A stretch of DNA of 64,000 bases, taken from contig OX638150.1 in NCBI GenBank assembly GCA_951804945.1, positions 35,092,001 to 35,156,000 of the forward strand, written 5' to 3'. Below the pieces are notes generated by a model. It was not told where the DNA came from and did no database searches. It saw only the letters and a program-made list of their open reading frames with translations. This DNA comes from Podarcis cretensis. Taxonomy: Eukaryota. This document shows positions 1 to 63,407 of this stretch, piece after piece. Each line of letters opens with the position of its first letter. Position 1 is the first letter of the stretch. Position numbers and translations under genes: made by a program.

Positions 1-467
1 GTTTGCAAATATATGGGACTCATTTCTAAAACTGAACTTTTCATGCTTGGTAGAATACTGTGCTGATTTATGAGAATTCTTGTATTTTCACATTGCCCTG
101 TTTGGCTAAATTACCTGGTACCAAAGCAGCATACTGAGAGGCAACTTAACTTGTTCTTGCTTTAAGCCTTTATGGTCTACCTTTCCACTCAAAATTCAAA
201 AGGGTCTTACAGTCTAAAGTTGAACAACTGTTAGATGCATCTGCAGGGGTAAAGCTGAAATTCTTACCTGTGGTCTGCCACTGACTACTGTTCCAGTTGA
301 TTTGCTCCTTGGCAGACCACCTTAATTTCTTACGTTATTGCTTTTATGTGTGTGGGGTGGTGTTTGTGCTTTTGTCCTGTATTTTTGTATTGTGAACAGT
401 CCTGAGATCTTCAGATGAAGGGTGATATAAATTCAATAAATAATAAAGTAATAATAATGAGGGTCCT

Positions 468-827
468 TGTGGGACGTGGGTGGCGCTGTGGGTTAAACCA
501 CAGAGCCTAGGACTTAACGATCAGAAGGTCGGCGGTTCGAATCCCTGCGACGGGGTGAGCTCCCGTTGCTCGGTCCCTGCTCCTGCCAACCTAGCAGTTC
601 GAAAGCACGTCAAACTGCAAATAGATAAATAGGTACTGCAATGGCAGGAAGGTAAATGGAGTTTCCGTGCGCTGCTCTGGTTCGCCAGAAGCGGCTTAGT
701 CCTTCTGGCCACATGACCCGGAAGCTGTACACCGGCTCCCTCGGCCAATAAAGCGAGATGAGCGCCGCAACCCCAGAGTCGGTCATGACTGGACCTAATG
801 GTCAGGGGTCCCTTTACCTTTACCTTT
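468..827 (+). mobile_element. Full-length Sauria SINE
   Basis: tRNA-like head (TGGCGCTGTGGG...GGTTCGAATCCC), (ACCTTT)n tail, 13-bp TSD TAATGAGGGTCCT at 455-467 and 828-840. Confidence 0.92.
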
Positions 828-1039
828 TAATGAGGGTCCTAGGTTCAGGTCCCAGTTAATGACATGGCTGTCCAGACTGAGATCTCTTCTCAGTCAGGGT
901 AGGTGAGACTGGGTGAGAGGGACTGATAATCTAACTCTTATTAGAAAGCAGCTTTGTATGTTCCGCATTAAAAAACCCAAACCCTCCTAAGTTCATATCC
1001 AATGGTTATTAGTAATAATGGCTATGTTCTCCTCCTACT

Positions 1040-1225
1040 TTTGGAAACTGTATGCTTCTGAATACCACTTGCTGACACCGCAGAATGGGGGAGAGTACTG
1101 TTGTGCCTCAGGTCCTCCTTGTCTGGTTCCCATAAGGTATCAGGTTGTTGGCCACTCTAAAAACAGGCTGCTGGACTAGATGGGCCACTGGCCCAATTCA
1201 GCAGTGTCTTTTTCATATTCTCACT
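1040..1225 (+). mobile_element. Old CR1-like LINE/SINE 3' fragment (relatives near 4410-4478, 20205-20250, 42610-43040)
   Basis: Recurrent ttggccact...gctggactagatgg...ttcttatg motif; family assignment tentative. Confidence 0.45.
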
Positions 1226-2685
1226 TCAGCCTAAAGAACACATATGTGGCTTGATAGAACTGGGGAAAACTTATCCAATATGTGTTGCACATAGAAAACA
1301 TGTTCCCTGCAATGATTGTCCACAGCAGCGGTGGGGAACCTTTTTTCTGTTGGGGGCCACATGGGCTTATTGCTGTGGCTTAGAGCCTTAAAGTTGTTAT
1401 CATTTGCTATTGTGAGATACAAAGGTGGTCCAAAAACAGCTCAAGAATAATTGGATACAGCTGCTGCCCAAAATATACATGGCAAGATGGGTGGTATACC
1501 AGCCATCATTTGTATGCAAAATTTTCTAAGTGAAACTGCAGATATCCTTCTGCTCTACTGGATCTTCCTTTTCCTTCCCTCCAACATAACACCTTTCCCT
1601 AAAACATGTCTATTCATCTTGGATTTCTCCAAGTTCCCAGGCCTTGCCCTTCTTAAACTGCTTTCTTCCAAGGCTTAATGTTTTTCACACCTTGTTTTGT
1701 GAGTGAAGGTAGTTGAACTCTTGGATTTGCATTTCCTGCTCCAAATGCTATTGTTAGCTCAGTTGCTTTGGGTTATTCCTGTATTTACCATCTTTTATTA
1801 GCTTTTGGAGAGGCATTGAGCAGCGGTATCTGCAGAGGTGCAAAATACCTTAAGGCTGTTGCATCTTCCATGGCAGTTGCTGGTTTAAGCGTTTGTGGTT
1901 TTTTGTAGAAACAGATTAACAATTAACCTGTCTCCACACCAGATCTTGATGCATCAACCAAGGACCGCTGAACATTTTTCTCAGCGCTGTAAACACCGGG
2001 AAGACTCCCATGTGCAACCGCTGTAGAAAGCATCCATGTAATGTGTACAACTGCATGTATGATTGTGTGTTCCCCAGAATTTGGCAGAGCGGCTCCTTTA
2101 ATGAAAGCCTTGCTTTCCATTTGCTTTATTTTTAATAAAGGCTTCAATCCTCCATGCAGCAACAGATTATTTCACTGGAACCTAAGTGCCTGTTTTGAAT
2201 TAGAATTTCAGCTAAAACCTCTAGGCTTTCATAGTGTCAGGGATTAATACAACCCCTTTGAAGAGATCAAAAGAGAGAATTGGTGTCTCTTGAGCAGAGC
2301 ATAGTCTCTTACTGGTGGTGCCTTATGTGCCACAGCCCCTGGCCTCACCTACACCTTTCTCTAATCACCCAAAATATTCTGTGAAAATGCAGATATTCTA
2401 GCCAGATACCACTAGACAAAAGTAAGTCTCTGAGCACAGGTTGCATACTCAACATTACAAAAATTCTAGGTAGTTGTGTTGGTCCACTAGGGAGAAAAAA
2501 ATAAGAACTTACAATAGGCTATTGATTTTATTAGTATTTTGATTAAGACCTTCACAATTTGACAAGATAGTGAGCAAGCTTTCAAGTTCTCCAGAACTCT
2601 TCTGGGAACGATGTTGGAAGTCCCAAAGTATGCAGTTCTCAAGAACGTTATTCTTTATATATTTAACAAAACGGTTGGGGTAGAT

Positions 2686-2927
2686 CAGGCATGTCCAAAG
2701 TCCGTTTCGGGGGCCCACTGGTCGGTTTAATCCGGCACCTGTGGCAGTTTATTTCCTGGGTTAAAATTCCCAAAAACCTCCACAACTTCAATCCTAAAAA
2801 ACGTTCCACAACTTCATAAAAAAGCTGAACATCTTCAATCTTAAAAAGATCGGCAACTTTGGTCGGCCCTCACAGCCCTTCACTTCATCAGATCAGACCC
2901 TCTTTGAAAGAAATTTGGACACCACTG
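2686..2927. mobile_element. hAT-type MITE with internal short tandem duplications
   Basis: CAGGCATGTCCAAA ... TTTGGACACCACTG; degenerate TSD (nngtagat); inverse relative of 23684-23865. Confidence 0.75.
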
Positions 2928-3079
2928 ATGTAGATAAAGCTGGGTGATGTTTTTTGTCCCTCAGGGAAGGGGAATCTTTTTCATCCTGAGGGGTCTCACT
3001 CCCTCCTGGGCAACCAGTGGTGGGTGGGGCCAGAGGCAAAAGTAGGTGGAGCAATGCAGGTGGATGTTACTTTAATATA

Positions 3080-3312
3080 CAGTGGTACCTCGGGTTAAGT
3101 ACTTTATTCATTCTGGAGGTCCGTTCTTAACCTGAAACTGTTCTTAACCGGAAGCACCAATGGGGCCTCCTGCTGTTGCTGCGCCGACAGAGCACAATTT
3201 CTGTTCTCATCCTGAAGCAAAGTTCTTAACCCGAGGTACTATTTCTGGGTTAGCGGAGTCTGTAACCTGAAGCGTATGTAACCTGAAGCGTATGTAACCC
3301 GAGGTACCACTG
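3080..3312. mobile_element. Tc1/mariner-superfamily (pogo/Tigger-like) MITE, family A
   Basis: TIR CAGTGGTACCTCGGGTTA, TA TSD; 7 similar copies in the window. Confidence 0.9.
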
Positions 3313-3477
3313 TAGTAGGTTACATTCCACCCATGCAGGTGCAAGAGGCTTCTGCATGCACACACATCTCTCTAACCCTGGTTCATATTCCAGTCACATA
3401 CAACCACTTAAGGAGGTCATGAAGCAGACTCAGTAAGGGCTGTGGTTTGGCTGTGGCCAAGAGAGAGTCCCAAGCAC

Positions 3478-4307
3478 CACTGGGTTGAACTTCACTGCAT
3501 GTAATGCTTTGAAGGAAAATGTAATGAAAATGATATATAGATGGTACATGACCCCAGTTAAACTTGCCAAAATATACCATTTGTCTGATAACAAATGCTG
3601 GAAATGTAAAGGAAATGAAGGAACATTCTTTCACCTCTGGTGGACGTGCCCTAGAGTGAAGGCCTTCTGGGAAATGATATATAATGAGTTGAAGAAGGTA
3701 TTTAAGTATACTTTCCCTAAGAAACCAGAGGCCTTCCTCCTGGGTATTGTCGGCCAGAGGGTGATAAAGAAGGGCAGAATTTTTTTCCTGTATGCAACAA
3801 CGGCAGCAAGGATACTCATCGCTAAGCATTGGAAAACTCAAGATCTACCCACACTGGAGGAATGGCAGATGCAACTGATAGACTATATGGAATTGGCTGA
3901 GATGACCGGCAGAATTCGAGACCTGGGAGAGGAGAGGGTTGAAGAAGACTGGAAGAAATTTAGGATTTATTTACAAAAACACTGTAATTTGGTTGAATGT
4001 TAAGAAGGATGCCAGATCATAAACAATTGAGCAACATTAAACTAGATGTAATCTGGATGATAAATGAGATTAAGGAAAATATAAATTTTTTGGAGAATTA
4101 TTAGATTAAATTAAATGAATGAGATTTAAGAATGTAAACAAGTTGATAAATTGCTGGAAAAACTTTTACAATGATGCAAGTGGGAGCGGGAGGCGTGAGG
4201 GAGTCCAAAGAAGCTTTGAAAATATGTTACGATACATGTTATATTGTTTATTATTTTTTGCATTTTTGTATTTAAAAAATCTTAATAAATATTTATTAAA
4301 AAAAAAG
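3478..4307 (+). mobile_element. 5'-truncated L1/Tx1-clade LINE (ORF2 C-terminus + 3'UTR + poly-A)
   Basis: ORF 3485-4003 with Cys-rich motif CWKC...FFHLWWTCPRVKAFW; AATAAA at 4284 then A-tail; 18-bp TSD AGAGAGAGTCCCAAGCAC at 3460-3477 and 4308-4325. Confidence 0.92.
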
Positions 4308-4945
4308 AGAGAGAGTCCCAAGCACTAGGTTTCGGTTCCTCACTCCTTTCCTACCCTTTTCACTTGCTGCTTACGGGTTGAGTGTGGATCCTAATCCTGG
4401 CTTATATACCCTGGTTGGCCACTGTGACAACAGGGTGCTGGACTAGATGGCTTGATCTGGCAGGTTGTTCTTATGCTTAGCAATTTCTATGTACCAGGAT
4501 GGTGCAGCTTTGGAAGAAATAACGCTAAACAACATAATGTTGTAGTCTTGGGCATGTGACACTGCTGTTTCGTTTGACACAGAAAAAACTTAATTCTCTT
4601 TAGTCTCATGAGAATAGTTGAACTCCCTCTTCCTCTCTTCCCCTTGTTCATTTAATATGAGACTGGTGTGAAAACAGATCCCAGTCAGGGTTGCCAACCA
4701 ATCTGGGAAGCTGGGAGAGTCTCTAGAATTGATCTTTTAAAATGCTTATCTGCTGTGTTATCTCTCAGCTGTTGCCCAACTTCTGGTGCGCTCTCTTTTC
4801 CACTTCTAGTCAGAGAAAATTGACCTGAAATATGCAAGTTATTTCAGTTTTCCTCATGTGGAATGTTCTAGGTAGGTTGCATGTGATCCTTATCAAATCT
4901 TCTTGTTCTTCCTTAGGTTTAGGGGCCAAGCAGTTAAAGAGGAAA

Positions 4946-57636
<52,691 letters not shown>

Positions 57637-58359
57637 TTGTGCTCCTGCAGTGTCTCCGTGATGTCTGACGTTTGGAAAGAGTGCCATAACACTACTGACT
57701 ACAGGCCCACCGTCACTGGAAGAGACATCCACTAACCGTGGCCTTGGATTCAGTTGCAGGGCTGAGTCTTGCCTGGCCACTCACCTGCTTATCATCCTCT
57801 TCACTGTGCCTCACCTGAAGCCCTCATTTTCTCTTTGAGATGCCAGCCTTGCACTAAGGCTGGAATGCTTCCCTTGGCCTGTTTCCCTTCATGCCTCTGG
57901 ATATGTTTTTGCAATTCTTCAATCGTTTGCACAATTTCTTTTAAAATAAAATATTTCTACTGGGATGGGTTTTAAATTATAAATATTACTGCCTTGGGTG
58001 CAGAGATTTTTTTAAAAAAATAAATACTGTTACCTCTGACTAAGATTATTTTTTGTACATTTTTTTTAAAAAAAATCATACTGGGTGTTTGTTCAATAGA
58101 TATATTTTAGAAGAGTTCTTTTTTTAAAAAAAAATCTTGAATGAAATAATATATGTCATTTTAGATTCCTGTGGCTGCTGTAACTTTTTTTTTCTCCTTC
58201 AAATGAGGAAATTGCAAGGGGTTTGGGTTTTTTTGGTCATGTTACTGTTAAGTAGTTTTGCAGACTCAGGTAGATTCTTATTTTTGTAGCTGATCAGAGC
58301 TGGAAAAATTAATCAAATTAACTTGATTTGTGTGTGGACACTACATTGAACTGTTGTGA

Positions 58360-58365
58360 AATAAA
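58360..58365 (+). terminator. Probable LLGL2 polyadenylation signal (alternative AATAAA at 57945 and 58019)
   Basis: AATAAA at the end of an AT-rich 3'UTR, followed by U-rich sequence. Confidence 0.55.
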
Positions 58366-59158
58366 CCCGTACTTTTAACATGCTTTTTAATTTGACCAAG
58401 AAACTCTGTTGCCTCATTTTGATGCCCTCTGAAATGTTTTAACAGCCTTGTAACTGCAGCACGGGAAGTGATCCTCTTCATTTAGATGCTTGTAGTGCTT
58501 TCCATGGTCACATGAAACTTGTTCTATAAGCCACGAGTTCCCCACATTCTGTGAAAGGCAGACAAATCTTACCTGGAAGGGGTTATTATAGACCACTCAG
58601 CCTTTCAGCGTAATTGCCTAATGCATTTCTAGGTTGCTTTCCAGGGGATTTTACCAATTCTCTCAATCTAGTCCAATTCACTAGACCAAAGGCAGAATCC
58701 CAACTGTATCCTAACCTTCCAAAGGTAACAGATCATATTAATTTAGGTTTGATTCTATGCACCAATCAAAAGCACAGTATAACACCCAGAGAATGAAGCG
58801 TGTGATAATGATAAAAATTATTCCTTACTAAACCTACAAACAAGCTGCTTTGCTACAGGGCAAGGTAAAAAAATGCCTTGTAATCAAATGAATCTTATTT
58901 TTAAAAAATTATTCCTCCATATATGAAGAAATATAAACTGATGAAGGGGCCTGTATAGTACTGCTAGGGAGACTAGAGCTAGGTTTAGATTCTGCAGGCA
59001 GGGGACTAAGAAAATCTTGGGAAGATGATTTATCAGTTCCCATTTTGTAAAAATTGGAATAGCAGCGCGAACCACCAAGAACTTGCTCTTACGTATGTGT
59101 AGAGAGGCGAAAATGACAAAAAGGCACCAGGAAGTAAATATACAAACATTAAAAAGAG

Positions 59159-59193
59159 TTTATTTGAAAAGTACAAAATTAACTTACTTTATT
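59159..59193 (-). terminator. Two poly(A) signals for the minus-strand gene
   Basis: TTTATT on + at 59159-59164 and 59188-59193; U/GU-rich sequence follows on the minus strand. Confidence 0.55.
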
Positions 59194-59330
59194 AAATACC
59201 TCAGTTAGGGACTATGCTAAAATATATAAATATATATACATATATATAAGGAGAAGGAAAATCCTCCCCAGTTTAAAAACCCTGTGTACCGGCTGCTCCT
59301 AGTACACTGCCAATATTGCAGCATGTGTCT

Positions 59331-60188
59331 CTAGAAGAAGCCTTGGGTATACCTTTTCTTTGGCGGAAGGTGGCCGTTTTGAGAAGAGTCCGCAGACCGT
59401 TTGGTTGCCACCATGAGCTCAGACAGAGGAGCGCTCCTCTTCAGGCTCAGCTTCCGGTTTTGTGTGCCTCTCATCCTGGCGGTTCTCCTGGCACCCTGTT
59501 GGCAGGAAGCTGCTTCTGTGGCCCTGGGAGGTATCCGACACTCTACCTGTGGGCAAAGCTGCCCATCCCTCCTGGAAGATCCTTTCCGTTTCTGCCCGAG
59601 AATGAAACTTCGATAGAAGGATTCCACCTCAGGAAGGTCTGCCAGATTAGTCATCTCTATGGTATCGAGCAGATGGCTGTACTCCAGGGGGACAGGACTT
59701 CTTTGGCACTCTTGCAGTGGGGGCGAGTCCTGCCTCTTCAACACCTCCACGTGCATCTTACGGTTTGGCGGCAGCAGCCGTGGCCTCTTCCTCTCTGCAG
59801 ACTTAAGCAGCAAATCTGAAGCGCAGATCTGCAGGAATTCCTCTTTGGGATTTGCTTCCGGCTCCAGCTCTTGGGCCACATGATGCAAGTCTCTTTGGCG
59901 GGGGCACTGTGCCGTCATCCGGCTACTTGCGTACAATTGCGCCTGAGGGGGAGGCACCACCATCAGGTAGAAAAAGGCATGTGACAAGGTTGTGTCCCTT
60001 GTCCAATTCTCCTGGCTTGGAGCACAAGCTGGTGACCCACACCCTGACACTTGAGACGACACGGTGGGGTGTGTCTGGGGTTTCCGTTTTTCATACCACG
60101 CTTGAAGAAACTTCTCCCGGCTGGATTTGGGCCCTCCTACATCACTTGGGCACACGGCTTCCTCCCCTGGAATGGCTCCCGTTTCCAT
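59331..60188 (-). CDS. Uncharacterised 285-aa protein, basic/Pro/Ser-rich with NLS-like motifs; probable terminal exon of an unrecognised gene
   Basis: Longest ORF in the window; no TE hallmarks that I can see; acceptor at 60197 with long pyrimidine tract; AATAAA (minus strand) at 59188-59193 and 59159-59164; no family recognised. Confidence 0.65.
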   Translation of the reverse strand: METGAIPGEEAVCPSDVGGPKSSREKFLQAWYEKRKPQTHPTVSSQVSGCGSPACAPSQENWTRDTTLSHAFFYLMVVPPPQAQLYASSRMTAQCPRQRDLHHVAQELEPEANPKEEFLQICASDLLLKSAERKRPRLLPPNRKMHVEVLKRQDSPPLQECQRSPVPLEYSHLLDTIEMTNLADLPEVESFYRSFILGQKRKGSSRRDGQLCPQVECRIPPRATEAASCQQGARRTARMRGTQNRKLSLKRSAPLSELMVATKRSADSSQNGHLPPKKRYTQGFF

Positions 60189-60314
60189 GCAAGGATCTGT
60201 GATTTCAAAGAGCGAGACGGGGGGGAAAATAAGTGAAGGAACTTTCTGACGTGCAATTTAATAAGGGGGTGATAAAATGGAGTCTCGAATTGACCTGCAA
60301 GGAATAGCTGTAGC

Positions 60315-60327
60315 GTTGCCAGGCAAC
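60315..60327. promoter_or_regulatory. RFX X-box palindrome GTTGCCAGGCAAC
   Basis: Perfect GTTGCC-N-GGCAAC inverted repeat matching the RFX consensus, 127 nt upstream of the orphan ORF ATG. Confidence 0.55.
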
Positions 60328-60987
60328 CACACGCATTCTAGATCTCACCAGTCTCAAACAAGCTTCTTGGCCTAAGCCATCACAGCAACAGCAGTTGGGA
60401 CAAGAGGGATCAGGCTTCCCGATGTCATAAGCACTCTGATGTCAGTAACTTGGACAGTTGCTCACAACTGTTCACAAACCCACTGTGTACTATTTATGTG
60501 ACCTGACCACTTGCCAAAGCTGTAGCTGGCAAGTCTTGACTACTGAGTGTTAGTGGTGGCTGGAGTCCTGGAGGTGTGGCCAGTGAGGTCACAGGGGCAT
60601 GGCCAGTTCTGGTTTTCTCCCCATCTTGCCTTTGCAAAGATTCTGTGGATACTTACGCATTGTAGTTGTACAAATACTTAGGACCTAACTAAATCGATAA
60701 TTGACTTACAGGAATGCAAAACCCCCATACTTATCACAAATCCTACACAAGTGTTGAAAGTTGCAAAACACACACACAAGACACCCACCATTTCTCCTTC
60801 CAATCCTCTTACCCATTCACAAAAATAAGTGGAAAATAGATATTACAAAGACACACACTGTCCACCATTGCTCTCAACAAATATTAATTTGAAAACAAGC
60901 TGCTCAAATTAGTAACCACACACATTCTTCCTAGATAGCTATGAAGAATGTGTTTTGAGGTGTGGCTTTCAAGAAAACCGTTCTGAG

Positions 60988-61510
60988 CAGGGTGGATAGA
61001 AATTAATGATTTAAAATAAATAAATCAGATTTTTAAAATAAAATGCTTTTGGAGGAAACACCTTTCTAAAGATAGTTTTCCATTTAAGTTACATTATAGT
61101 CCAAAGGCTATTCATCAGGAAATAAGGATTTGTTTTAAGTTTTTCATATTAAACTTTAACTCAGTCTGGTTTTTTTTAAAAAAAAACACATTTAACCACA
61201 TCAGTTAACAAACATGGATACATATGCTATGTTATTGTTTTAGTAAAGTACAGCAGAAAAGTCAAAATATAAACAATTTCATAATTACCTGTCTTTGTAT
61301 TTCTAATAGTACAGTATAACCAAATCAGTAATTGTTCATATAACTGTAAAAACTACTCTGAAAATTTATTATTCCAAAAATGAAACCTTCATCTGTTGTT
61401 AATATTAATATTATACCAGCAAGAATGAGTCTTTCTATAAAAAAATGATTTAATCAAGCCTTACTGACTAGTGATTTAAATCAATTTGATTTAAATAAAA
61501 TCAGTTTCCC
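60988..61510. mobile_element. AT-rich DNA-transposon remnant (hAT-like)
   Basis: CAGGGTGGAT start and GATTTAAATC subterminal repeats at both ends; right TIR degraded. Confidence 0.45.
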
Positions 61511-62979
61511 TTTAATTCCAATATCAGTTACGTGGTACGTGGGGACTTTTTAAAAACATAGCTACACTTTTGGATTAGCAGTGGCTGAGTGCTGCAGAGA
61601 CCTGATTAGCCAGAGAACTAATTAACTTTATTTTTTTACAATTTATACACCATGATTGGGCGGGGAGAGAGAAATCAAAGCAGTTTACAAAAAGAAAGAA
61701 TAAAATTATCCGTAAAAAGTTAACAATGTTTGAAGAGCTTCTCTGAGTGAAAATGAAAGTACAAAATGTGTCTGAGACAGGAAAGCTGGGGAGGGATTTT
61801 TTTTTTTTTTAACATTCTTCTCAGGAGGGAAGGCTCCGCCACAGTGACCAGCCTCCACCACCCAATGTGTGTTTACAGTAGCAATACTGTTTCTGAATGC
61901 ATAATTTTATCTGGTGCCAACAGCTTTCATAACAGAAGAGAGCATCGTAAAATAACGGGTATGCACCACTTCTGTTTACAGTAACTAGGTAAGCCCCCCC
62001 CCCCCCGCCAAAAAGAACTCAATTAAGAGGCCATTGCAAGTTTTCCAAGCTCCTTTTGGATAAGATGTCCTCCCACATTGCCATGGGAAGCTGCAGCGTT
62101 TAGTGCTAGAATAAGCATTAAATATCTCCGCTGCTTGTTGCATCCCCTTGTCTGTGTGCCAGGTTACGTTAGGCCCCTGGCTGAAGAGGATCTGATTTAA
62201 TACCTTTGCATTGTGCTTTTGTTAGATTTGGCCATGGCAGTCGTAATCCTATCCGTTTGGGAGTAATTCAATTGGCTCTGCTTCTCAGGACTAAGCTCTC
62301 AGGCACTTAAGCAGTTCCCGTGCGCTCCCCACCCACCACAATCCCCGTTTCCATTTCCTGCAATCTTGTCCTATGAAGTGGGCGCATTTACCTATGACAC
62401 TGTGCCAGCCCCCTTTCACACTATTTGCGCGGATGTTCTTGAGGCGGAAGAGAGCTCAACCCAGCCACTCGGAACAGCTGCGCTCCAGGCTTGTGTCTTC
62501 TAATTACATCAGTGAAGAAGTGTTGTAGGCAAATGACTCCTCCAGTAGCAGAGCATTGCAGTTTAATGTGCAACATGAGCTCCTAACCGGCAGGCAAAAC
62601 AACACTTCAGCTGAGATGGCCGGCCCCATGACCTTGGCTGTGTTGTGTGGGTGGGAGGGTGAGAGAGAGAGAGGAGAGACATGGCTCTCATAACAACAGG
62701 ATTATTCCCTTGAACCTTACAGAGCAGCTGACAATTAGGCAACAAAGAGCAAGTGAAATATTTAGAGGACTTTTTCCAACCTGTGTTGCTTAATTGGTTT
62801 GGTTTGCTTTCCCTGGACATGAATATTTTATCATCCCACCTCAGGTTTCCTTTGAGGAACAAGTGACTAGAACCTACTTTCTTTTTAAATAGTAGCATTG
62901 TTACCCTAAAGCTGTAGAAAGCTCGAGGATTTTTTGTGGGGGTGGGTGGGGGAGCAGGCAGGTTTCTCACACACAAAAA

Positions 62980-63209
62980 CAGTGGTACCTCGGGTTACAG
63001 ACACTTCAGGTTACATACGCTTCAGGTTACAGACTCCGCTAACCCAGAAATAGTACCTCGGGTTAAGAACTTTGCTTCAGGATGAGAAGAGAAATTGTGC
63101 GCGGCAGCAGGAGGCCCCATTAGCTAAAGTGGTACCTCAGGTTAAGAACAGTTTCAGGTTAAGAACGGACCTCCAGAACGAATTAAGTTCTTAACCCGAG
63201 GTACCACTG
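62980..63209. mobile_element. MITE family A (opposite orientation)
   Basis: Same TIRs and body. Confidence 0.9.
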
Positions 63210-63264
63210 TATGGGAGGAATAGTGCCTGAGCGTTTTGTCAGGTGTCTCACGTCCTACAGATGC

Positions 63265-63407
63265 TGGAACCATAGGATTGTAGAGTTGGAAGGGACCACA
63301 GGGTCATCTAGTCCAATGCACTGCAATGCAGGAATCTTTTGGCCAACATGGGACTCGAACCCACAACCCTGAGAGTAAGAGTCTCATGCTCTACCGACTG
63401 AGCTACC
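63265..63407 (-). mobile_element. tRNA-Lys(CTT)-derived SINE with CR1-type 3' tail
   Basis: Minus strand TAGCTCAGTCGGTAGAGCATGAGACTCTTA.TCTCAGGGTTGTGGGTTCGAG, then gatgacc...ggtcccttccaactctacaatcctatg; acceptor stem incomplete. Confidence 0.82.

Noticed and set aside
1-4916. LLGL2 non-coding exon 1 and promoter
   Set aside because: No CpG island or supported first exon; probably upstream of the window
59316-60202. Plus-strand ORFs of 167, 71, 74 and 116 aa
   Set aside because: Antisense shadows of the longer minus-strand ORF, which has the splice and poly(A) signals
63341-63407. Functional tRNA-Lys gene
   Set aside because: The 5' acceptor stem is missing and the sequence continues into a LINE-derived tail, so it is a SINE head
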